The notes under the pieces are model-generated. The model saw nothing but the letters and a program-made list of their open reading frames with translations. It searched no databases and had not been told where the DNA came from. Of a stretch of 13,338 nt of DNA, positions 6,057-13,338 are shown in pieces. Positions within the stretch are counted from its first letter, which is position 1, and every line of letters starts with the position of its first letter. The stretch spans positions 1-13,338 of the forward strand of contig JAGRAW010000073.1 in assembly GCA_020434415.1 (NCBI GenBank), in the 5' to 3' direction. Made by a program: the position numbers and the translations under genes. Origin of the DNA: Bdellovibrionales bacterium (lineage in GTDB: Bacteria > Bdellovibrionota_C > UBA2361 > SZUA-149).

Positions 6057-7622
6057 ATGTCCGAACTATCGCAGCATTCTCCGGCCGAAGCGCTTGAGTC
6101 CGCGGCCCGCCCGGCAACCAGCCGGGAAATTGCGGTGCTCGGCACGGCCATTCTCATTACCTCCGTTTGCGCCATCGTCTACGAACTGCTGGTAAGCACC
6201 CTTTCCTCGTATCTCCTCGGCAGCAGCGTCCTACATTTTTCTCTGACCATCGGACTCTTCATGACGTTCATGGGTGTGGGTGCCTTCTGGTCGAAGTTCA
6301 TCGACACCCGATTGCTCGACTGGTTCATCTTCATCGAACAATTGGTCGGCCTCATCGGCGGCTGCGCCGCGTTTCTTCTCTATCTCAGCTTCAGCCTGAC
6401 CGAGTACTACTACCTGGTAGCGTTTCTGCTGATTGCGGCAATATCGACCTGCGTCGGCTTGGAGATCCCGCTTGTCACGCGAGAGCTACGGAAACATCGC
6501 GAACTAAAAGATGCCTTGGCCAATATTCTGGCCATCGACTACCTGGGGGCGCTGATCGCCTCGATTCTGTTTCCGATCGTGCTAGTCCCCTACCTAGGAC
6601 TAATGCGTACCGCGTTTCTGATGGGAATGCTGAACGTGGGAACGGCAATAGCTACGGCGGTGGTGTTCCGAACGCGACTGACTTTTTTTCGCTTTCATCT
6701 TACCCTGGGTCTGAGCTTTCTTGTCGTGCTCGGCAGCGGGTTCCTATATTCCTTTCACTTGATCGGTTTCTATGAGCAAAATCTCTATCAAGACGAGATC
6801 ATTCACTCCGAGCAGAGTAGCTATCAGCGCATCATTCTAACCCGCTTCGACGACGATATCCGCCTCTATCTCAACGGAAGTCTGCAATTCAGCACGATTG
6901 ACGAGTATCGTTACCACGAGACACTGACGCATATCCCGCTCGGTGTTGTCCCCAACCGGGAGAACATCCTGATTCTGGGCGGGGGTGACGGACTCGCCGC
7001 ACGAGAAGCCTTGAAGTATCCTGATGTGCAGTCGATAACGCTCGTCGATATCGATGAACGTATGACCACGCTTGCGGCGGAGCACCCGATTTTGCGGAAA
7101 CTGAACGCAGAGTCACTCTCGGCGGCGCGGGTGAAGGTAATAAATCAGGATGCCTGGGAGTTTCTTGCAACCGATCCTTCGCTCTACTCCGCAATTATCA
7201 TCGACTTGCCCGATCCGGACGATTTTGCGGTCGGCAAGCTGTATACACAGGAGTTCTACCGGCTTGCGAAGCGACGACTCGCCGCCGACGGTGTGTTGAT
7301 AACTCAGGCGTCATCACCGTTTTTTGCACGAGAACCCTTCTGGTGTATTCACCACACGCTCGAAGCGGTGTTCAGCCACGTCCAACCACTGACGCTTTAT
7401 GTCCCTTCCTTCGGTCCCTGGGGATTCCACCTAGCCTCCGGTCGTAAATTTGACGTAAGCGACGTCAAGTTAGTCGTACCCACTCGCTTCCTGAACGCGG
7501 TAACGCTCGAAAGCGTTTTCACCGTAGCACCCGATGAGGGTGAGGTTTCGACGGAGCTAAACCGACTCGACAATCAACATCTGGTAACTCTCTACGAGCA
7601 AAGCCTGGATGACTGGAACTAA
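6057..7622 (+). CDS. speE: membrane-anchored polyamine aminopropyltransferase (spermidine/spermine-synthase family) with an N-terminal ~7-TM domain, 521 aa
   Basis: The C-terminal half carries the spermidine-synthase signatures: ILILGGGDGLAAREALKYPDVQSITLVDIDERM (GGGDG ~6978-6992), IIDLPDPDD (~7199-7222) and GKLYTQEFY. The N-terminal 230 aa are a run of hydrophobic helices (ILITSVCAIVYELLV ... LTIGLFMTFMGVGAFW ... LVGLIGGCAAFLLYL ... YLVAFLLIAAISTCVGL ... LGALIASILFPIVLVPY ... GMLNVGTAIATAVVF ... GLSFLVVLGSGFLY). This is the same architecture as the large TM-fused SpeE proteins that follow DUF350 genes in other bacteria. Confidence 0.85.
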   Translation: MSELSQHSPAEALESAARPATSREIAVLGTAILITSVCAIVYELLVSTLSSYLLGSSVLHFSLTIGLFMTFMGVGAFWSKFIDTRLLDWFIFIEQLVGLIGGCAAFLLYLSFSLTEYYYLVAFLLIAAISTCVGLEIPLVTRELRKHRELKDALANILAIDYLGALIASILFPIVLVPYLGLMRTAFLMGMLNVGTAIATAVVFRTRLTFFRFHLTLGLSFLVVLGSGFLYSFHLIGFYEQNLYQDEIIHSEQSSYQRIILTRFDDDIRLYLNGSLQFSTIDEYRYHETLTHIPLGVVPNRENILILGGGDGLAAREALKYPDVQSITLVDIDERMTTLAAEHPILRKLNAESLSAARVKVINQDAWEFLATDPSLYSAIIIDLPDPDDFAVGKLYTQEFYRLAKRRLAADGVLITQASSPFFAREPFWCIHHTLEAVFSHVQPLTLYVPSFGPWGFHLASGRKFDVSDVKLVVPTRFLNAVTLESVFTVAPDEGEVSTELNRLDNQHLVTLYEQSLDDWN

Positions 7623-7670
7623 CGATGGTCGGCGTGCTACTATCCCTGCTCCGCTCTGACCACCTAGCCC

Positions 7671-7676
7671 AAGAGG
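7671..7676 (+). promoter_or_regulatory. Shine-Dalgarno-like AAGAGG for the Mre11/SbcD-like gene (TTG start)
   Basis: AAGAGG lies 4 nt upstream of TTG 7681. The gap to the speE stop is only 58 bp. Confidence 0.4.
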
Positions 7677-7680
7677 TTTC

Positions 7681-8997
7681 TTGTCCGCGAGTGCTCGCAT
7701 TCTCTGTATTGGCGATGTCCACCTCGGTCGCGCTCCGACGCGCCTGCGTCTGGACAACGAGTGGTATGAAGGTCTTGGCCCTCGAGAAGCCCTGCGCCGG
7801 GCGGCTCGAGAGGCAATCGAACTGCAAGTCGATGTGGTCGTCTGCACCGGTGATGTCATCGACCAATCAAACGCCTTCTTCGAGGCTCATCGGGTGCTTC
7901 GAACCGTCGCAGGACAACTGACTGAAGCGGGCATTCCGTTCGTAGCGATAAGCGGCAATCACGACTACGAATCCTTACCCGAATGCCAAAAGCAGGTACC
8001 AGGGCTCACCATCCTTGGTCGGAACGGCAGTTGGGAAGAATTCGTCATTGTGCGTGACGGGACGCCCCTGCTTCGACTGCTTGGTCGGTCGTTTACCGAC
8101 CGCTATCAAAAGACCAATCCCCTGGAGGGCTTCGACCTTCCTGCAGACGGCGTTCCCAGCGTCGGACTTCTGCACTGCGATGTGGACGTTCCCGACAGCC
8201 CGTATGCTCCAGTCGATCTGAGAAGCCTTTTAGCGACCGCCCCGTCCGCCTGGCTCCTAGGCCATGTACATAAACCGCAACTTCTTTCCACACGACCTCT
8301 CATCTTGTATCCCGGTAGCTTGCAGGGCCTTGATCCGGGCGAGCCGGGAGTCCGCGGACCCTGGCTAGTCGAGGTCTCCGCCGACGGTCAAACCACCGCC
8401 AACCAACTGCCGCTGGCTCCTGTGCGCTACGAGCGGCTCGAGGTAGCAATCGACGATCTCGAGTCGATCGAGCAAGTCAGTGGTGCAATCGCGGAAGCGG
8501 TAAGTTCGTGGAGAACGATCAATTCCGCGGAGCTTCGACTGACACGCTTCGTGTCGCTGCGGTTGGTGTTGACCGGCAGTACGACCCTACAGCAATCTCT
8601 CGCTGTCCTTGCAGCTCGGCTCACGAGTCAAAGAGAGCGCTTCGACGACGACGAACCGTACATCGTCATCGACAAGGTACTGATCGAGTGCAGCCCCCGA
8701 ATCGACCTTGCGACATTGGCAAGAAGTAACGATGTTCCCGGCTTGTTGGCGAAGCGGTTGTTGGTACTGAAAAACCAAAATCCGCATGAGGCATACCGTT
8801 CCCTGATCGAACAAGCAGGCGCAAAGTTGGCGAACGTGCATGCCGATCCGCTCTTTTCTGATATCGCAAAAGACCGGGCACTAAGTGAAGTCGCTATCCG
8901 TGACACGCTTATTCGTGCAGGCACCGTTGCGCTTCATACTCTGCTTGCCCAACAAACTCCCGCCGTCGACCATCCGTCGCCTGAGAATTCCGGATGA
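7681..8997 (+). CDS. Mre11/SbcD-type calcineurin-like metallophosphoesterase (DNA repair exonuclease family; B. subtilis YhaO-like), 438 aa, apparent TTG start
   Basis: Phosphoesterase motifs are in canonical order: GDVHLG (7711-7728), GDVIDQ, GNHD (7954-7965), HCDVDV, GHVH (8260-8271). A ~200-aa C-terminal extension follows the catalytic core. The stop TGA 8995-8997 overlaps ATG 8994 of the next gene. Confidence 0.8.
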   Translation: MSASARILCIGDVHLGRAPTRLRLDNEWYEGLGPREALRRAAREAIELQVDVVVCTGDVIDQSNAFFEAHRVLRTVAGQLTEAGIPFVAISGNHDYESLPECQKQVPGLTILGRNGSWEEFVIVRDGTPLLRLLGRSFTDRYQKTNPLEGFDLPADGVPSVGLLHCDVDVPDSPYAPVDLRSLLATAPSAWLLGHVHKPQLLSTRPLILYPGSLQGLDPGEPGVRGPWLVEVSADGQTTANQLPLAPVRYERLEVAIDDLESIEQVSGAIAEAVSSWRTINSAELRLTRFVSLRLVLTGSTTLQQSLAVLAARLTSQRERFDDDEPYIVIDKVLIECSPRIDLATLARSNDVPGLLAKRLLVLKNQNPHEAYRSLIEQAGAKLANVHADPLFSDIAKDRALSEVAIRDTLIRAGTVALHTLLAQQTPAVDHPSPENSG

Positions 8998-11900
8998 AGC
9001 TTCAAAAACTGCACATTAGACGCATGCCGGGAGTTTCCGACTTCGAGCTCTCCGATCTCGCCACCGGCGTCACTGTCGTCACCGGACCGAACGGGTCCGG
9101 GAAGACAACCGCCTGCCGAGCCATACGCGGATTGCTCTGGCCGGAGGAGCTCCGCAACGTCGTCTTTCCTGAACTCGAAAGCACGTGGCTTCTTGACGAC
9201 GGTCGAACCGCCACGCTGAGTGTTTCCGGAGCAGACCGCCGCTGCTACATTGAGGGAAGCGTGCAGGAGTCCCTCTCCCTACCTCCCTCCCACCTCGCGT
9301 CATGTTATACCATCACGATTGATGACTTATTCGCGGACAACGATGCCGAACTCGCCCGTGAGGTCGAGCGGGAACTGTCGGGCGGGTTTGATCTTGCTGC
9401 AGTGATGCAGGCGGAGGCGCTGCAGGTAAAGCGCACACGTATACGAGACGCCGTACGGCACATCCAGCAACTTTCGCTCCGCGTCAGAGAACTGCAGTCG
9501 GCGCAGCGTGCACTACACCTCAAACGCGAAAAGCTCGCTGAGATGGAGACGCGAGCGAGCGAAGCCAGACGCGCGCAAACCCGCCTAGCTCGAATAGATG
9601 ACGCACTTCGCCACAACACAGTACTGCGTGATCTTGAAGCACTTCGTTCGCGACACACGCAGTTTCAACCGGCAGTAGCTCGTATCTGCGGCGGAGAAAG
9701 ACGTGAGCTCGAGCGTCTCCAAAGTGAAAGTATTGAACGTCGGCAGGAGGCCGCAAGCGCGGCGGAAGCTCTAGAGCAAGCCGCAGAGCGGCTTGCAACG
9801 ACAGGAACAACCTTTGCCGACTTAGCGCTGCGAGACCAGCTACACTGTCGCGACCAGATCGAAACGCTTCGAGCTCTTCAAGCAGACATCGAGCAGCGCG
9901 AAGCTCATATCGAGGGATTACTGACCACGTGCCGTTCTCTGCAGCGGAAGCTCGGAGGTCTAGGGAATCCCGCCTCGTTGGCGTTGCTCGAGCCTCAAGA
10001 GCTCGAGGAGATCGAACAGTTCCAGCGACTCGTAGAAAGCCACGAAGCGAAGGTCTTACAGCTGCGCACACAACTGCAGATTGCCGAAACCGAGCTAGGT
10101 TCCGGGCCCCTGCCTGCGTCGGAAGAACTACGCGAACAGATTCGCCTACTCGAACAGTGGCTCGCGCTTGACAGTACGCACCGCATCGCGACCGTTCGCA
10201 CGCTGGTGGCAGCGGGCAGCGTTGCTGCCGTTGTAGCAATCGTGACAACTCTCTTCCTTGCAACCGACGGTTTTCGCGCGAACAACAGTGACCCGCTCTG
10301 GTTTACAGCCACGGCAATTTCGTTAGGAACGCTGCTCTTCTTACTCTTCGCCGCGCGCGGCGATGCTCGCCGAAAGCGAGCACTGGAGGAGGAGTTCCTC
10401 AGCCGCTACCAACCGCAGGCGGTTCCCTTCGAAGCGCCCTACGTCAGATCCACGATCAGTTCCTTACTTGAAACATACGAGCAAAGCCGTCGTGTGGAGC
10501 ACGCGGAACAAACGGCGAAAGACGTCCGAACCCTTTTGAAGGGTATGGAAACAGAGGAAGCTCGAATCCAACGAACCCAGGGTCTACTCGCTGAGCGCTT
10601 GGGGTGCGCCCCGAGCGCCTCCACACTGACGTTAGTCGCCTTTGCGTCTTCCCTTCGCGATTTCCAACAAAGCTACCAAGCTCTCGAAGCTTCGAACGCG
10701 GAACTGGAACACCGAATCGAGGAACGAAATCGCATCCTCGGAGCGGTCAATCGCTTCTTCGGACAGTTTTCCGTACCGGAAGTAGCGTCTGGAGCGGCGG
10801 CGAGTGCCTCGTATGCCGAACTCGAGGTTCGTGCCGCACAGGGAAGAACGGCGACGCAAGAGCACAAGCTCGCGCAGGCGGCCGTAGAACGAGCACAAGC
10901 AGCCCTCGAGCGAATAGATGCGGCGCGAAAGGCTTTTTTTGAGCGCTTCGATTTACCCGACGACGCGGACGCTGCTTTCGAAACGCTGATGTCCGATTTC
11001 GAAGCATTCGAACAGTCGAAACTCAAGATTCAAGAACTCGAACGGGAACGCGTCTCCATCGTCGACCGCCTGGAAAGGGATGCGCCTGACCTACTACAAC
11101 TATCTGAGGACGAACTAATCGTCGAGCAACTGGAGGCGCACCAACTCGGCGAACAAGCGGATGCGCTTTGGTCTACTGTGGTCGAGACGCGCCTTCTGAT
11201 CGGGCAAGCGGAACAAGAGACGGTGCTCGAAGAAGCACTTCGTGATCTTGAAGAGTCCCGCGCTGCACTTGCGGAATACCACGAGCAGACGCTTCTAGCA
11301 GGTGCTGCCGATGTGCTGCTCGCTACCGTAGTGAACGAACACGAGAGCACCCGCCTGCCCGCAGTACTGCTTAGAGCGAACGAGCTGTTCGAACGCTTTA
11401 CCCACCAGCGCTACGGTTTGCTCCGCGCGGAACAAGGGGAGCGAGAACCGACGTTTCGTGCTCGAGACCTTGCGACCGGAGCGGTGGTCTCGCTGGAAAG
11501 TCTTTCGCGAGGCACACGATCGCAGCTTCTGCTCGCGGCACGAGTCGCTTTTGCTGAGCATCAAGAGCGGCGGGAGCGACTACCTTTCGTCCTCGACGAA
11601 GTTCTCAGCAGCACCGACCCTCAGCGGTTCCAGCGTGTCGCGGAAGCCCTATTCGCACTCGCCGCAGACGGACGTCAGCTTTTGTATTTCAGTTGCCAGC
11701 CCTATGATGCAGAGCAGTGGGCACTTGCGGCGTCAGCAAACCCTGCTGTTGCCGTGCGCTTTCTCGAGTTGACTCACAGTGGACGAGCGTCTACGGCGCC
11801 CGCACCCCTTGCCGCCCAGGCCATTGCACGGCTCGAAAGTGCAGTCGAAGCCCCGAACGGACGCTCCATTAGCGCCTACATCGAAGCGCTACGTCTCCCA

Positions 11901-12551
11901 CCTCTCAAAGTGTTACAAGGAGCAGAGGCTGCTCATCTGGGCCACCTGGTTACCGATCCGGAGCTGCTTTACCGGCTACTGAGTACCGGTCTTCATCGCT
12001 TTGGACAGCTTCGCCGTCTTATCGCAGCAAATGCTTCCGCTGGCTATATTGGCGAAGCTGATCGGGCCCAAGTCGAAGCGCGTGCTAAACTTATCGATCG
12101 CCTCTGCGCCGATGCCCGGATTGGACGAGCGAAGGTCCTTTCGACGGAGGCACTTCTTTCGTTTGTGAGTACGAGTAAACGGCTCGAACAGGAGCTGGTC
12201 CAGCTTACTACTACCCTGGGCGGCGATGCCACACTGCTGCTTCAGCTGATCGATCCCGCTCGCCCGGGAGGATCGCTGATTCCCGGCTTTCGTAAAAATA
12301 CCTTCGAGAAGCTACGCGAGCGTCTAATCGAGGAAGGATACGTCGCTTTCGAAGCACGGTTGCCCCGGGAAGAAACGTGGTTACGCTTTCTCGCCCATGC
12401 CGAACCCGCAGTTACATCCGGGATTCTCGATCCTGGGGAGGTCAGCGCATTTTTCGCACTGCTGTGGGACACCATTCCGCAAGCTCCGTCGGAAGTGGTA
12501 CCGCCGGCCTCAGCGCAGGAGCTTTCCAATGTCGCACAAGCGGGACGCTAA
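8994..12551 (+). CDS. SMC-like Rad50/SbcC-family ATPase (B. subtilis YhaN/SbcE-like), 1185 aa, with a two-helix transmembrane hairpin inserted in the coiled-coil arm
   Basis: Walker A GPNGSGKTT (9084-9110). Long heptad-like, Arg/Glu/Leu/Gln-rich coiled-coil halves (aa ~140-395 and ~460-900). ABC signature-like SLSRGTRSQLLLAARVAF (11499-11522) precedes Walker B/D-loop FVLDEVLSSTD (11586-11618). Mid-protein hydrophobic hairpin: TLVAAGSVAAVVAIVTTLFLA - TDGFRANNSDPLW - FTATAISLGTLLFLLFAA, followed by RGDARRKRA (nt ~10199-10355). Confidence 0.8.
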   Translation: MKLQKLHIRRMPGVSDFELSDLATGVTVVTGPNGSGKTTACRAIRGLLWPEELRNVVFPELESTWLLDDGRTATLSVSGADRRCYIEGSVQESLSLPPSHLASCYTITIDDLFADNDAELAREVERELSGGFDLAAVMQAEALQVKRTRIRDAVRHIQQLSLRVRELQSAQRALHLKREKLAEMETRASEARRAQTRLARIDDALRHNTVLRDLEALRSRHTQFQPAVARICGGERRELERLQSESIERRQEAASAAEALEQAAERLATTGTTFADLALRDQLHCRDQIETLRALQADIEQREAHIEGLLTTCRSLQRKLGGLGNPASLALLEPQELEEIEQFQRLVESHEAKVLQLRTQLQIAETELGSGPLPASEELREQIRLLEQWLALDSTHRIATVRTLVAAGSVAAVVAIVTTLFLATDGFRANNSDPLWFTATAISLGTLLFLLFAARGDARRKRALEEEFLSRYQPQAVPFEAPYVRSTISSLLETYEQSRRVEHAEQTAKDVRTLLKGMETEEARIQRTQGLLAERLGCAPSASTLTLVAFASSLRDFQQSYQALEASNAELEHRIEERNRILGAVNRFFGQFSVPEVASGAAASASYAELEVRAAQGRTATQEHKLAQAAVERAQAALERIDAARKAFFERFDLPDDADAAFETLMSDFEAFEQSKLKIQELERERVSIVDRLERDAPDLLQLSEDELIVEQLEAHQLGEQADALWSTVVETRLLIGQAEQETVLEEALRDLEESRAALAEYHEQTLLAGAADVLLATVVNEHESTRLPAVLLRANELFERFTHQRYGLLRAEQGEREPTFRARDLATGAVVSLESLSRGTRSQLLLAARVAFAEHQERRERLPFVLDEVLSSTDPQRFQRVAEALFALAADGRQLLYFSCQPYDAEQWALAASANPAVAVRFLELTHSGRASTAPAPLAAQAIARLESAVEAPNGRSISAYIEALRLPPLKVLQGAEAAHLGHLVTDPELLYRLLSTGLHRFGQLRRLIAANASAGYIGEADRAQVEARAKLIDRLCADARIGRAKVLSTEALLSFVSTSKRLEQELVQLTTTLGGDATLLLQLIDPARPGGSLIPGFRKNTFEKLRERLIEEGYVAFEARLPREETWLRFLAHAEPAVTSGILDPGEVSAFFALLWDTIPQAPSEVVPPASAQELSNVAQAGR

Positions 12552-12643
12552 CGCTCCGGACTCGGTCGCCTTCGGCGAGGCCATCAGTGTTCCGGTGAGG
12601 GCGTCAGGTTTCAGAGAGTTCTCGCAGATGGAGCAGCACCAGG

Positions 12644-13300
12644 CTAGCGACCGACAGAGATCGGATCACTAGCCGGAAACGAGTCTTCCAGCGCCTGGTC
12701 AAGCTTTTCGTTCAATGCTTTTCGCTCAGCCTTCGATGCACCACTTCCGCCTCGTTCATCCACTTTTTCAGGCGAATTTGCCTGTTCGTACAGGTGCTTC
12801 GTCTCACCAGCACCCGGCCCCGTTTGATCGACCGGCCTTTGATCAGCAGTAAATTGATCAACAGTAAATTGATCAGCATGGCGCGGCACCATAAAGGCGT
12901 CGATCATTGCATGTGCAGCGATCAAAGGGGCGATCCATTCGCTATGGGCTACGAAGTCGCCATCAACGAGCAAAGCGTGGTCACCTGTCGTGTCACATAT
13001 CACTATATACCACTCACTCGCAGCGCCTTCGTGTGCAAGGTCACCTAGCTCAATTCGAAAGCGACCAGGCAACGCCTGCACTCTTTGCTCATCAAGCAAC
13101 GACGGGGAATCAATCAGCGTCTGACGCCGCGGCTCCAGATTGCTGGTCGACAATATGCCCCCGGCCAGCACCTGCTCCTGCACGGCCTCAGGCACCTGGC
13201 GCACCCACGAAGGCATTTCCGTGTTTTGACGAGCAAGGTGTCCCCATTGAAGGAGCATAATTCGCTCCAAGCGGTCTCTCGGTATGATCGGTAGCTTCAT
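12644..13300 (-). CDS. hypothetical protein; the reading frame stays open to the window edge at 13338, so the true start may lie outside the window
   Basis: The 219-codon ORF is convergent with the SMC-like gene. Upstream of ATG 13300-13298, codons continue without a stop (IVISDDEANTGL-MKLPIIP). The N-terminal part looks globular (EWYIVICDTTGDHALLVDGDFVAHSEWIAPLIAAHAMIDAF). The C-terminal part is low-complexity and charged (GPGAGETKHLYEQANSPEKVDERGGSGASKAERKALNEKLDQALEDS). I recognised no family. Confidence 0.4.
   Translation of the reverse strand: MKLPIIPRDRLERIMLLQWGHLARQNTEMPSWVRQVPEAVQEQVLAGGILSTSNLEPRRQTLIDSPSLLDEQRVQALPGRFRIELGDLAHEGAASEWYIVICDTTGDHALLVDGDFVAHSEWIAPLIAAHAMIDAFMVPRHADQFTVDQFTADQRPVDQTGPGAGETKHLYEQANSPEKVDERGGSGASKAERKALNEKLDQALEDSFPASDPISVGR
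12841..12878. repeat. 15-bp tandem repeat x2.5 (GATCAGCAGTAAATT / GATCAACAGTAAATT / GATCAGCA) with recurring TTGATC(A) cores, inside the minus-strand ORF
   Basis: Read directly. Two more TTGATC copies lie at 12823-12828 and 12839-12844. On the - strand the repeat is in frame and encodes (A)DQFTVDQFTADQ. Confidence 0.85.
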
Positions 13301-13338
13301 CAAGCCAGTATTGGCTTCGTCATCGGAAATTACTATGA

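Noticed and set aside
6167-6775. 202-aa + strand ORF in an alternative frame
   Set aside because: It overlaps the membrane domain of the SpeE-like gene out of frame. It is His/Arg-rich nonsense, whereas the SpeE frame gives coherent TM helices.
9305-10312. Several 100-250-aa ORFs on the minus strand (9305..9658, 9520..10263, 9995..10312) and similar ones at 10632-11564
   Set aside because: All lie inside the 1185-aa SMC-like gene on the opposite strand. They are Arg/Ala/Ser-rich with no motifs. The + strand frame has clear Walker A / signature / Walker B, so these are shadow ORFs.
12552-12643. Possible bidirectional terminator between the convergent SMC-like gene and the right-edge gene
   Set aside because: Only a weak 4-bp stem with a TTCG loop (CGCC-TTCG-GCG around 12571-12582) and no adjacent T/A run on either strand. 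It is not convincing as an intrinsic terminator.

Overview
GC-rich (~60%) bacterial chromosomal segment with Shine-Dalgarno-type ribosome-binding sites. No tRNA, rRNA, CRISPR array, transposase or integrase is recognisable. Left edge (1-1585): the 3' part of a CCG-domain Fe-S oxidoreductase gene on the + strand (its 5' end is outside the window), and a convergent 279-aa hypothetical gene on the - strand. Core (1874-12551): eight co-directional + strand genes, tightly packed, with two ATGA stop/start overlaps, gaps of 48-118 bp and one 430-bp repeat-rich spacer. In order they encode: (1) a TerB-family protein; (2) an SPFH/band-7 protein of the Bacillus YdjI type with a C-terminal SHOCT domain; (3) a zinc-ribbon + DUF4178-like protein; (4) a second DUF4178-like protein fused to a membrane/extracytoplasmic module; (5) a DUF350 small membrane protein; (6) a polytopic-membrane-anchored spermidine-synthase-like aminopropyltransferase; (7) an Mre11/SbcD-type metallophosphoesterase; (8) an 1185-aa Rad50/SbcC-type SMC-like ATPase. 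The coiled-coil arm of (8) is interrupted mid-length by a two-helix transmembrane hairpin where a hinge or zinc hook would be expected. Genes 2-6 look like a PspA-less version of the phage-shock/membrane-stress neighbourhood (YdjG/H/I-like plus the DUF4178-DUF350-membrane-SpeE module). Genes 7-8 resemble the B. subtilis YhaO/YhaN(SbcE) SbcCD-like pair. As far as I know, their linkage in one apparent operon has not been described, and it is the most interesting thing here: a candidate envelope-coupled DNA-processing or defence system. Right edge (12644-13338): a - strand hypothetical gene whose reading frame runs off the window, carrying an in-frame 15-bp tandem repeat. All family assignments come from reading motifs in the translations. 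No database search was run.
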